Source of the DNA: Lytechinus pictus
Taxonomy: Eukaryota
Direction of reading: 5' to 3'
Assembly (NCBI RefSeq): GCF_037042905.1
Contig: NC_087250.1
Location: forward strand, 25,360,001-25,424,000
DNA: 64,000 nucleotides
The position numbers and the translations under genes were made by a program. Shown here in pieces: positions 11,301 to 23,228 of the stretch (position 1 is the first letter of the stretch; each line of letters begins with the position of its first letter). The notes below the pieces were generated by a model, which was not told where the DNA came from, did not search any database, and saw nothing but the letters and a program-made list of their open reading frames with translations.

Positions 11301-12792
11301 CAGCGGAACAACCAACATACCAGAGATCAAAGCTTTTGTTCTAGTGATAACCTAGCTTTTTTTTTTGCTTGCCCCAATTTTCAGCTCCCCCCCCTACCTT
11401 TGGGGAGAGATTTCCATCCTTGGCACCACTCATGCAGTTTCAATGGCAAATTGCGCACTCTGCTGCTGTGTGTGAATTTGTGATTGCAGAGTGATGATTC
11501 CTATTCAATTTTTCTGTTCATCTGTTTGCAGTTTGGAATTTTGTGTTCACTTCAATTTCATCATGTTCATATTTTCCTATGAATATGATAACATGAACAT
11601 ATTTTTAGAAATCAATTCAATTAAATTCAATTTGCATTTATTTCATTCTCGATAAAAACAAAATATGAGAAACAATATATTTACAATAGTAAAAAATGAA
11701 AATGAAATGGGGAACTGCATAAATAAAGCCAAGTGGCCTTGATAACATTACATGGTATAGAGAAACAATAAGATACAAAATTAAACATGATATTTATTGC
11801 CCTTCATGAAATACTATTTTTTAATTCTTTGCCTGATGAATTGAGTGCGTAGCTTTACTTTAGCCAGTTTAGGAGTAGGACCCCTTCTATTTCTAACATT
11901 GATCTGTCATCAGGCGGCAAATTATTCAAGCCAGGCAGGGGTGGTCATAAAAATTAAAACATGGCAGGATTTTCTCGTGAAGTGAGTTTTGTGATATTTT
12001 GTGAAGCCCGAAGGATCTTAGTAGTTACGAATATTTTCCATTAGAATTAGTGAAAGACGATTTGTTCAGATATTAAAATGTGCATAGTTTTATTCGTTTG
12101 AATGTGCGTAGCTTTAGCCCCCCTATATTGTTAAGCCTTAAGGTGACCGCACACCTTAACATTGGCATTGCCATTGCATTGGTCTGCGACCCGATTTTGG
12201 AATAAAACGTAGAATTTGATGCTATTGCTAATCGAGATATGGAATATCTTACTGTATAATGTTTTCAATCATCATACGAATAAATATGTTAAAATATGTG
12301 CATATGAATATCATCCTTGTTAGAATAAAAGCGAACTTAATAATATCTCGGCCTAAAAGTAAGTTAGTTGTCGTCATACCCGCCATGCCCACGTCCACGA
12401 TTTGAAACTATTTTTATTATAAATTTGGCCTTGCTTTGGCTTTACTCCAAAAGAAAAGCTTGCAACCTTTCGAAATGGTTATAATATTCTTTCAATTAAT
12501 TTTAACCTCAAATAAAATTATGGTCCATTCACATTTTCAGAAAATTAGCAAACTGCGATTTGTTCCAAAAAGGCAAAATCGGGTTGTGCGGTGTCCTTCA
12601 GAACTTCAGAAGTTTAGTTTAGAACCGCACGGTGGAACAATTACAATTACATCATTCTCTATGAATGGGACCGAAGGTCATGAAGGTACAATCCTAAAAG
12701 TGACCCATTACAAGAATTCTTCAGTAGTCTAGCAAACTGTTTTAATGGCAATTACCGATTTTAATCTCATTGGGATCGAATTTAGCAGGCAT
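5328..12792 (-). CDS. RPL12: 60S ribosomal protein L12 (uL11); join of 12792-12756, 10145-10072, 9456-9276, 8229-8030, 5333-5328
   Basis: Manual splicing of GT-AG exons of 37+74+181+200+6 nt gives 498 nt = 165 aa: [165 protein letters not shown], a clear eukaryotic uL11. Confidence 0.97.
5499..6685. mobile_element. Kolobok family A copy in RPL12 intron 4, with a nested insert at about 5890-6463
   Basis: Same TIRs as 2702-3272; family consensus interrupted by about 570 bp of foreign sequence. Confidence 0.8.
6814..7961. mobile_element. piggyBac-like non-autonomous element in RPL12 intron 4 (related fragment about 10300-10860)
   Basis: TTGA-CCCTA...TAGGG-TTAA termini, G-runs, inverted subterminal blocks. 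Confidence 0.65.
8030..8229 (-). CDS. RPL12: RPL12 coding exon 4
   Basis: tttgtacag|TCTCACACAGC...ATCCCAGCG|gtgagt; encodes ISHSGNI...[16 protein letters not shown]...DIEIPA. Confidence 0.97.
8549..9385 (-). repeat. Tandem array (150-164 bp units) of the 3' half of RPL12 exon 3 plus its 5' splice site
   Basis: cttactgttcttgaccttctttct begins at 8629, 8793, 8943, 9107 and 9271 (the real exon); partial copy at about 8549-8600. Confidence 0.93.
9276..9456 (-). CDS. RPL12: RPL12 coding exon 3
   Basis: ttctgcag|TCCCCCAAG...AAGAACA|gtaagt; encodes [13 protein letters not shown]...[11 protein letters not shown]. Confidence 0.97.
10072..10145 (-). CDS. RPL12: RPL12 coding exon 2
   Basis: ttttcag|TGTGTCTGAGG...CTAGGTCTG|gtgagt; encodes [25 protein letters not shown]. 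Confidence 0.97.
11063..11422. mobile_element. hAT-type MITE with 8-bp TSD, nested in another TIR element (about 11034-12123)
   Basis: TSD GCACCACT at 11055-11062 and 11423-11430; ends catgggtggaaatc / gatttccatccttg; host ends taaagctacgcac / gtgcgtagcttta. Confidence 0.75.
12141..12597. mobile_element. Harbinger-type MITE B copy in RPL12 intron 1
   Basis: aggtgaccgcacacc / gtgcggtgtcct termini; TTA/TCA flanks; homologous to 22463-22787. Confidence 0.75.
12756..12792 (-). CDS. RPL12: RPL12 coding exon 1 ([13 protein letters not shown])
   Basis: ATG CCT GCT AAA TTC GAT CCC AAT GAG ATT AAA ATC G|gtaatt; phase-1 donor. Confidence 0.93.
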
Positions 12793-12903
12793 GATTCTTC
12801 AATTCGAGGTGGATATTAAGTTGAAAATTCGAAGTGGCAGTGTCGGATGAATCCGATTTTGGAAACTACCGAAAAGTTGCACAAACCACTTTTCAACGTT
12901 GAC

Positions 12904-12911
12904 GAAAAGGA
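12904..12911 (-). promoter_or_regulatory. TCT core promoter motif / 5'TOP start of RPL12
   Basis: TCCTTTTC matches YYC(+1)TTTYY, about 117 nt upstream of the ATG; typical of ribosomal protein genes. Confidence 0.65.
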
Positions 12912-14254
12912 CGAGTTTGGATAATACGCCCTCTATCGTTCACATGCAGGTCAGTATCACTGCAGCTAGCGCAGTGGCGTCGATAAAATTGATAAAAGCA
13001 TATTTTTATCAACCTCTATGATCAGTGGTCTGTATTAAATATTTATTTCCGTGGTATTAAAATACCTTATGTTGATGGCCAGCTCCCCCCAAAAATGAAT
13101 AAATCACACAACAAAGTAATAGTAAAGATTTTTCCCCTTCAGTTCAAGAGCTTTTTTCACACACTATCTGCAACATTAAAAGCTTGAGGGTGCTTTTCGT
13201 CAGGGCCCCCTTTTTCAATATTTTGTCCAGGGTTGTTATTTACGAGGGCGAATTCGCCCCGACGATTCCCTTTGTATTATCATAGATTATTAGGCAATAT
13301 GGTTACTTGATAATTTGATTTTTTTTATAAACCTTTTTAATTCATGATCTTCCTTTTTTTCTACTTTTCTACTTTGATCTTACCTTTTTTCTACTTTTCT
13401 ACTCTACTTTGCAGAGTAAGACTCCAGGTAGGGGATCTCCCTTGATATCGCTGGGTGAAGAAAGTAGGCCTATGAGGTACGTGCATGCGTTATGTCTTAT
13501 TGTTACATCTTAACTTTTTGTTATATGAACCAGCAGATAAAAAAATATCAGAGTAGGCCCTACATAAATAAATAATGGAGAGAAAGAGAGAGGGGTCGAG
13601 AGCCGGAATTGGGACCTGCCAAAGTCTGGATGAAACATATCTCACCAAACAAATACAGCCAGAGCGAAGAGCAAACGCTGAAAATTGATTTGATCTTCTG
13701 ACCTGAAAATTGTCATTTGTACCGTAAGTTTACTTTTTTTTTTGTAATTAGTATTTAAAATCATTCAGTTCAAAATCATACAAGTAACAAAACACTGTTC
13801 ACAAAGTTAAATAAATAATTATTCATAATACAAAAAAATAGAGAATATAACATTCAAATCATCTAGAACAAAGTAGATACTTAGTCTGTAGAAAAAAATA
13901 GAGATATGACAAAAAAGAATTTATAGCGACGCAATTGAACTGAATGAGTAACAGAAGTAAAACACCCTCCCATCCCAGCTGCCCCCCCCCCCCACATCCC
14001 ATCCAAGCCCAGGAAGCGCGGCCTGCTTCCCTCCCCTTAATCCCAACTACCCACCATTTCAATCTGCATTCTGTGCGGCAACCAAGATCAAACTTGCGCA
14101 CCTGAATCTTCACTCCAAACGATATTTGTAGGACAAGCCTATTAATCGATCAAAGTAGAGATGTCCGTAACTGCTTCAGAGCAAATTACACAGCAAAAAC
14201 ATCCATGAAAGCACTCGAAAATAGAAAATCACTCAAAATCATTGCCTATCACTC

Positions 14255-17200
14255 AGTAGACAGCCGCTGTCGCTGTGGAGTTGTACATAAATAAATAGTT
14301 TCACAATCTCATTTGAGAGCACGTGCTACATACTGTACCACGAAATAATATAATTCGAACCAAGGTTCCTACGTATACTATTGTGGAATTGGTGCTGGTT
14401 TAGAATAAAATTCATAAAAAATATCAAATAACAATCCTAAAACTTATATATATATATATATATATATATAAATTTGTCATAACTTGACAAAGAAAATACG
14501 TTAAAATAATATAGTCCACGGAGTTTTTTATTTTCTTTGTTTGAACCTACTTATAATCTCCGAGCAGATCATTTGACTTTATTTTATATATATACTTATA
14601 TATATATATTAAGAGTATACATTCCTAGTATAATTTAAAAAAACATTAGAAAGTATTTTCTATGATTCAGGAAATACTCGATGATGTGAGTTTCATTCAT
14701 AGTGAATTAGCTCAATATCAATAACAATTGGCTATAATATATATCAATCTACGACTGCTCAAAGAGCTTCACTATTATTACCCATTAAAAAATAAACGAA
14801 TCCAACAGAATTAGAGAATCGATCATACGAGGTACCGCAATGTATTCGTATTTTTTCCAAATTTAACAAGCAATTACATATCATCTGTTAATCACACAAA
14901 AAACAAAATTAAATAATAAATTTTTTTCTTTTTCAAATTGAATTATGAAAAAATAATTCAATTTTTTGTCAAAAGATGAAATATTTCAATTGTACCTGTT
15001 TTCCTGTTTTTATTAAACGGTTTAATGTGTATAATAATTTATGTCCATTTGTCGCAGCGATGACCGTTATTTGTCTCGGTTACTTCTATGGTGTTTAATA
15101 ATCTTTGGCCTGCATCCCACCCACGTAGTGACGGGATGCCATTTCATAGAGAGAGAATTCATATTTACTCCCGAACCGCTCTCTCAAACGCATCGATATG
15201 AGGTAACCATCCGAAGATTAGCACCGGCCGGACGAAATATTGCAAATGTCGTTCATAATCGCGAGACGATCTACGATGCAGTAGAAATGATAAAGAGACA
15301 TCTCATTCTTCCACTTCTTTAATCCTTTTTCATGGGGGGGGGGGGGGGGGGTTAGTCTGCTATGCAGACTCTGAAAGGCTCGTATGGTGGGATCTCAGCG
15401 CGCTGATGCTGCTTTGAAGCAAACCAGCCTGAAAGGGCGAGCGAAGCCAGCCATTTCATCTGCAGTCATAGTAGACCTAGTCTGCTATGCAGACTCGTTT
15501 AATCAGCTGTGGTACACACACTGCAGATGTGGGTCTACATTTGTAGACTGGGGTGGGGGGGGGGGGGGTGGGGGGGGGTGGGGGGGGGTGGGGGTAGCTC
15601 GACCATGGATACCGAAATTTCACAATCTTCTTGGTCACATGTTCATGTTCACAAACTAGTTATACCACAACAATTATCAACATAAAACATTAAAAAATGC
15701 CCTTTACATCTGTGAGCAAGTATTCTGATAAAAACTGCATCAAAAATCGCTTATTTTCATGGAAGAAGGCAATAAAAGTAAGAATTTCACGGATCTACCA
15801 AAATCATTACAAACCAACCATCCTCTATGAAAAATAAAATATTACAAATTTTCTGTCTATGATACTTTATCATATCAGTTTCGTATTTTCCCCTTAGTCC
15901 CACTGTATAATCTTTATGCCAGATTAGAAAAAAAAAACTGTTCTTATAAGCCAGTTCACGGTTAGCTCATGATCAACTTTTCTCAAATGACCTTTGTGAT
16001 TTTTCATTAGGATAAGCACTATCATTTTCAAATGTAGATGTTGCGTAAGCTTTACCGGTAGAGTATTCAAATTCTAAGAACAAAAGGCATTGTATAGACC
16101 AGGTGACTAGAATAGTACATCAGGGATAAAGTTTGGAAATCTGTGTTATTGTCTGCCTTTGGCACATTTGACTATTGTTTAGGCTACTGTTAAATACCAG
16201 TGATTATGAAGGCTTTATTTATTACTCTTCAGCTTGGATGTGATAAATATTTTGAAAGGAATACATGAATAATCATCAAATCACAAATGACTAAGCCACC
16301 TTCATGGTTGTCTCCAATGACCCTTTTCTGCTCGTGTGCAGTTTACATCCGTGAACAGGCTTATTAGATACATTGATGCATTTGTTCTGTAACTATGTTT
16401 ACATCGAATATGATTTCGACCTTTTTGTTCCTTTTCTTTTTTCTTTCCTGTATATACGCATATATGAATAAGTCGATTATATTTTCCTCATTTCCAAGGG
16501 GGATCCACACGTTACAAGCTTTGCTTTTTAGTGGACCCCCCTCATTTCCATTTATGCTCAATATTATACTGCTTTTTTTTTCTTTACGAAGTAAGAATGC
16601 TCGTCTGTAAAATTGTACTTGATTTGTATTACTTTATATTACTTTGTATTATGTTTTGAATGGAAATGGAATAAAGAATTGAATTGAATTGATGTATGAA
16701 TCATTTTCTATCGGTGACTATGTAGTAGATAGCTGCTGTCGCTGTAGAGTTGTACATAATTCAATACTTTTAGTCCAGCACCGATCTCATTTGAGAACAG
16801 GTACTACATGTACTGCAACACGAAAGTAAGGATATAATTCTAATCAATTTTTTTACGTATTGTGGAAATGTTGTTGGCTTAGAATATAATTCATCTTAAA
16901 ACATTAAATAACAATCTTAAAACTTACATGATATTTCTATTTTCACTCATATATATCAAAAGTATACATTCATGGCATGATGTAAAAGAAATATTAGAAA
17001 GTATTTTTCTATGATTGAGGAAATACTTGATCATATGAGTTTCATTCATGGTGAATTAGCTAAATATTGATGACAATTGGCTTTGATATAGCGCTTTATC
17101 ATTATACGACCGCTCAAAGTGCTTCACTGTTATTAGCCATTACCAAAGTAAACGAATCAAATAGAATTAGAGAATCGATCATAGGAGATACCTCAACGCA

Positions 17201-18350
17201 GTTTTTCTAGATTAAACAAGTTGATTACATATCATCTATTAATCATATAAAAAAAATTGTTTTGTATTTTTTTGAATTGAATAAATAAAAAAAATAATAA
17301 TTCATTATTATGTCAAAAGAGAAAATATTTGAATTTACTATTTTTATGTGTATAAATATTGATGTCCATCGCGACTTAGTGTTCACTCAGACCTTGTCTT
17401 CGATAACTTTTATCAGTTTTAAACTTTGAAAGGCAGCATTCCGTGTTAAGAATAAGTGCCATACATGACTTGACAGAAACTATTAGTCATCTCCAATTCC
17501 TACGGAAAGTTGTGGTGGTTTAGTGTCCTGCACCTCAGCTCAAATGTACAAAAAAGATTAGCGGAGAAACCCGAGTGCGAATTGCCAATTCGTCCACTCA
17601 CCACATGGTCTACCTTCATCTAATCTAATGCCATTCCGTCCATCAACATTTCGTCTAACAACCATTTGGTCCAATAACCATTTAGTCAAATCATCACTTC
17701 GTCTAATCACCAGTTCGTTTATTACCATTCCGTCTAATAACCAGTTGGTCTAATACCCATGTTCTTTTCATTCATTTTGCACAATTAACACTTTCGTTTA
17801 ATTAGACCAAATGATATATGGACTAAATGATTATTGGACCAACTGGTATTAGACGGAATGGCATTAGAAGTAGACCATGTGGTGAGTTGACGAACTGATG
17901 GTAGACCAAATGATAGTAGACGAGTTGGCAATTGGACGAATTGGCATTAGACGAATTGAAAATAAACCTCTGAATCCACTCTCATTTCAAGAGATTTGAT
18001 ATTACGGGGGCTGAAACAATTATTTCGACGATATCTACTGCATTTTTATGAAAGAAATCGACCCAATTTATCTCGTATTCATCTAAAAAACTAAACCAAA
18101 ACAAAAGAAGAAATAATGTCCGGTGAAACTCTTAATCTGAATCCAATTCATTGATAAAGTTAGCAAAAAAAACCCGCACAAGATGATACGATAGAAATAA
18201 TAAAGATACATCCCTTTCCTACAATATACACTACTTCATTTTTTATTGGGGAGGGGGGGGGGGGGGCAGCTTGACCATAGATATCGAACTCTCAAACTCT
18301 TCATAGTCACAAAGGTTTAAAAAAATTGTATCATATCAAATATCAAAATA
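14255..18350. repeat. Diverged local duplication: about 14255-15700 versus 16725-18350
   Basis: Shared colinear blocks (gctgtcgctgt-gagttgtacataa; agaattagagaatcgatcata; agct-gaccat-gata) with copy-specific insertions. Confidence 0.75.
16310..16691 (+). mobile_element. CR1/L2-type LINE 3' end with (TTGAA)n tail (related minus-strand copy about 41320-41650)
   Basis: aataaagaattgaattgaattga tail; tacaagctttgctttttagtgg motif shared with the reverse complement of 41535-41575. Confidence 0.55.
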
Positions 18351-18692
18351 AAGAAAAAAAGACAACATCGAAGAATTAAAATAAATATTATAAATCATTT
18401 AGTTTTGAAGGAGGAAGAAATAATTGAGCATATTAGTTTCGTTTGCCTCCTGAGACACTGTTTCAAATTTGAAGGAAATTAACCGAATACCGGGTAATCA
18501 TTTTCAGGTAATTTTGGGGGAATGAAAAAAAAATCCAGCTTATCAGAAAATTACAATTAAACGTTGGACCTTTTATTATTCATGTTACATGAAGAAAGAA
18601 AATGTTTATCACGATACGCAGCTCAAAATTTTCTACTCGCGCTCCGCGCTCGCATTTCGTAATTTTGTTCCTATTTTCAGAGAAGGAGTTAA

Positions 18693-19276
18693 AGGTGAAT
18701 GAAACTCTTGGAGCAGGTTAGCTTTTGTGAAAGCAGACAAATCAAAGAATAAGATCAACAAAAGTTTGAGTAAAATAGGACTAGCAATAGAAGAGTTATG
18801 AGCATTTGAATATTGAGATCACTAATACTATGGAGATCCTCCCATTGGCAATGCGACCAAGATCTATGATGTCACAGATGAACAACTCTCCCCTTTTGGA
18901 CACTAAAAATATACCCCAAAACATCTCATTTTGCTTATTCTAATCATATGACAAACGATTCATCAATGATATAATGTTGTGAAACCTCTGTACTTGTCCT
19001 CTCATAAAGAGAACACCTCACCTTGTGATAGACTCTATAAAAGTGAGAATATAAGTGAAATAAGTACTAAAGTAATGAGGGAGTTGTACGTGTGTGACAT
19101 CACAGATCTTGGTCGCATTGCCAATTGGAGGATCTACATTGCATTAGTGATCTCAATATTCAAATGCTCATAACTTTCTTATTATTCATTCAATCTTCCT
19201 CAAATTTTCAACAATATGTTTTTTTGATTTTTCTCTTTGATATGGATTCAGCTGGTTTCAAGGGTTTCATTCTCCT
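18693..19276. mobile_element. Kolobok family B copy
   Basis: TTAA-AGGTGAATGAAAC...GTTTCATTCTCCT-TTAA. Confidence 0.8.
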
Positions 19277-20315
19277 TTAACAATACAATTGTTGAATTCC
19301 TTGATTTTGGTCATTAGGATCAAATTTAGGCTCGTTGTATTATCACCCGATTTCTGTTAAAAATCAAATTGGAAAATTCTGGGAAAATCGATGAATTTCG
19401 GGGAATTTTTTATTCAGTTTCTGGAAATTTGGTTTGGAATCACTGCCCTGAGACTGTCTGTAACTCAATAAAAAAGTAAACGAATAAAACAGAATTAGAG
19501 GATCGATTATGAAAAATTACCAATATCCATTTTTTTCTTAAAATTTAACAAGAGTTAACATATGAATTACATGATTTTAAACTTCTTTTTTTTAGTGATT
19601 TTTATTTTTAATTTAAGCTAGTTTTTAAAGTTACTTTATCATAATGGTAAAAGAAATAATATTGGGAACAACTAATTTTTTTAATACTTAAATGAGTATA
19701 TTAATACCGCTGACTTGCAAACCGTAAGTTCTCGTTCGAAGAAAAGTTTCTTCAATTAATGGTAGGCGCCATTCAACGTCGAGAATGAGCGCTATTTCTA
19801 GCAACTCGGGAATCAAATCCACCTCTAAGTCTTGATTTACATTATAGAGAAAACGTATCAAGTTTAACAATGAAAATTTCATCAAATGCGGATGTAAAAT
19901 AAAGTTATATTTTAAGATTTCGCTTAATTTCACAAAATAATTAGATAAGTAAATAAATAAATTAATAGATTAATAAGTAGATAAATAAATAAATAAATAG
20001 ATAAGTAAATAAATAAATAATAATTAAATACATAAAAAGAAACACTCCAACAAGCAATACAATGAAAATATCATAAAAATCGGACCTAAATAAGAAAATC
20101 ATGACAATTTAAAGTTTCTCTTAATTTGTCAAAACAGATATCTCCTCAGCTTGATTGGTATGCAAAATTCTCAAGGTTGCGCGAGTGGAAACATTCAGAT
20201 TTGGAACCAGCACCCTCGAACTGACAAGAAACCATAAAGAAATACTATATGAATTGAAAAACAAAGTTTAGTCCATTTTGTATGGTCGACCAATCGACAA
20301 CAATAGCCGGCTAAT

Positions 20316-20451
20316 CAGAAGCGGATCTAGAGGGGGGGTTGGGGGGGTTGCAACCCCCCCCAAAAAAAAAATCCGGGGACCATTTTTTTAAATCTTATCT
20401 TTTTTTTTTAATTTGTAATTTTATTTTATTCTATTTCTTTGTATTTATTTC

Positions 20452-20482
<31 letters not shown>

Positions 20483-20752
20483 TCTTTTTGGGGGAGGGGG
20501 GGTGGAAATGCAACTTAATTTTACAAATTTTCATGGGGGTTAATTTGGCAACGACCTCTATACCAAAAAGAGTGGTGTTTTAGATGCAAGAAAACGCCAT
20601 TTTCACACACAGATTTTCAAAAATTGTCCCTACTGTGGGAGGGGGGACACCCCCCTCCCCCCTCGCTCGCTCCGCTCGCTTGGACTCGGTCGCTACGCTC
20701 CCTCGCATACCACCCCAACCCCCCCCTTTATAAAAAGCTGGATCCGCCCCTG
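20316..20752. mobile_element. hAT-type MITE
   Basis: cagaagcggatctag / ctggatccgcccctg; degenerate 8-bp TSD; empty site ggcttcat in the paralog at about 47920. Confidence 0.7.
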
Positions 20753-20786
20753 GGCTTTATTGAACGAATGGTAATTACTTGTAGAC

Positions 20787-20953
20787 TCGTGTATGTGTGT
20801 GTTTGAGTTTTATCAGACGTGTATCAATCAGAAAAGATTTACGTCTGAGACCGACCTTTAACGTCACCATCCGAAAGACGTGAACCTCGAATCTCTGCAT
20901 CAATTTGTAACTTCCCCACAGCTTGGGTTACAGGCGCACGCCACAACGTCCAG
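20787..20953 (-). mobile_element. Short retroposon with a 7SL-RNA-like (Alu domain) head
   Basis: Minus strand CTGGACGTTGTGGCGTGCGCCTGTAACCCAAGCTGTGGGGAAG...GTCTTTCGGATGGTGACGTTAAAGG...(CA)-rich tail; 8-bp TSD TTGTAGAC at 20779-20786 and 20954-20961. Confidence 0.7.
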
Positions 20954-21110
20954 TTGTAGACATTTTAAGTTAGATGTACATGTATATCATTGTTTCAGAT
21001 GACAACGGGGAGAAAGTTATTAGTTTCATATTTCACAAAAGGAAACACAAAGCACATAGTGAGTGTGTGACGTCACCAGTCCCTTCATTTACATATTTCT
21101 GTTGGACAAG

Positions 21111-21270
21111 AGGTGCGTTGCAGAAAGAGTTGCGTTTAAACGCAAGCCCCCCCCAAAAAAAAAAAAATCAATCGCAAGTCCCAAATGCGCGCTGTTGATT
21201 GGTCGAAAATCAAGTTACGCATGATTTGTATAGAGTTGCGATCGATTACAACTCTTTCTGCAACGGGCCC
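21111..21270. mobile_element. Harbinger-type (CWG) MITE
   Basis: cgttgcagaaagagttg / caactctttctgcaacg; empty site gaccaggat in the paralog at about 48085. Confidence 0.7.
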
Positions 21271-23228
21271 CAGGATGTGGAAACTTACAAATGTCCTAAC
21301 TTTCTTATTTTACAGCCAGTTCTTCCGAAATAATCAGTCTATGTTTGCTAGATTTTTTTCTATTATTCAATTCAGCTTTTTTTTAAGGGGGGATGGACTT
21401 GTCCTTTAATTTATATCTAAAGATCTTACAAAAGACTTCACTAATTCCCTGAATAGAATACTGGCATTTCAGTTGAATCCCTATTACTAGTTTTAGATGG
21501 AAATGTAATAATCGATTACAATTTAGCTGTCCCCAAATATTTACAAAATATTCCACAAGAAAACAATGCCTATTTTTTGTTTAGTATTTAGAAAGAAATA
21601 TTTGAGTTTTATTATCATTTATAAAATATGTTTCTTGAAGCATTTATTGTGCTAATAAAATACTTTTACATATTGTATTGTATTGTAAGTGGATTAACGA
21701 TTTTTTAAAAGTCTTTATCAAGTATTTATCATTTTTAAATCTATATTCGTAGTCTTTTTCGAGCTTTTCTAAGCAGTTACTCAATGTTTGACCGGCCTGA
21801 ACACTCGATAGTCTGGGCCTTAAAACAATATTGGAATTTTATTGACAGTCAATATCATTGCATTGTATTCTTAAGCATATTGTTTTAACAGAACAGTTAT
21901 GAAAATCTCAAGCAAATGACAATCGTTTATCTCCCTCACTATTTATTTGGTATTTAATGTTTGAATTATACAACATTTCCTTTTTTATAGATTTGACATT
22001 ATTGACCAACATGACCGAAGCTCGAAATGTTAAAATAAGATGATTTCATATGATGGGGGGGGGGGGGGGGATATGAAACATTGTTTCTCATAAAAATGAG
22101 GAGAACAATTACATATTCAATATTTTACAAAAAATAGTGAGTTATGTCATCAGTTCCCTCATTTGCATAGGCCTACTGCCCAGGATGGTCGTTATCAATA
22201 AAAGTTTTGTGAAATTAAGCTTTTTCAGAATTTTGTTAAAGAATACAAATGTGCAAATTATAGGAAATATTTGTGAATTTATGAATGAAAATTCAGTTTT
22301 GGGAAATTTGTTTTGGATCTGTGGAAACACGTAAACAACTGATATTTAATACAAACTTTCATACGCAATTTGTGATCGTCCTGAATATTGCTTGTGGGTG
22401 CTTCACAAAGCTGTTCGTAAGTTAAGAGCGACTTTATAAGAACGACTGATGATCCTATCTTAGGGCGACCGCACACCTTACGAGTGATCTGCGACCCGAT
22501 TTCAGAATAAAATGTTGTAGAATCTGTGACTATGCTATCATCCTTCTTAGAATAAAAGCGAATTTAATATCTAGTCGCAATGACGTCATAGCAGTCGTAA
22601 GATTGGCTACGATTTGAAACTAATTTGGCCTTTACTCCAAAATAAAGGTTTCCAATCTTTCAAAATGGTTATGTTAGTATTCTTTCAATTAATCTTAACC
22701 TCAAATAAAATGTTGTGTTCCATTCACATTTTCAGAAAAATGAGCAAAGTGCGATTTGTTCTAAAATCGGATCGCAAACAGTCGTAAAGCCCCTTTCACA
22801 ATTGTTGCCAAACAGACTACAACGGCTTGCGACTCGAAATTTTTCCCGTTGTACGACTCGTTGTAGCCGTTGTACCACTTATTGTACGATCCAGATGCGA
22901 CAAAATGGTCGCATCTCGGTCGGGAAAAAAAACCGTGCTGCTCCGATATTTTGAGCGACTGACGCGATGAAAAATAATTGCACGACAGGCAGTACGAGTG
23001 TTGTGCGACTTTGCACGCACTCGTAAGACCCCGAACGAGTGTTGCACGAGTATTTTCATGTCGTACGATGATGCATCCTGTTGTACGAGTCCGTTGTACC
23101 ACCCTAAGACTATTGGAAGACCTGTCTTGCCCCCTTTGCAACGTTGTACGATTTTTTTTCACCCCCAATATAAGCTCGAGAACTCCTGAGCTTTCATCCC
23201 AAATGTCTGGACCATCCATACTGTAAAC

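Noticed and set aside
20900..20953. Genuine 7SL RNA gene
   Set aside because: Only about 45 nt of Alu-domain similarity, no S domain, and it is flanked by a TSD with a retroposon-like tail.
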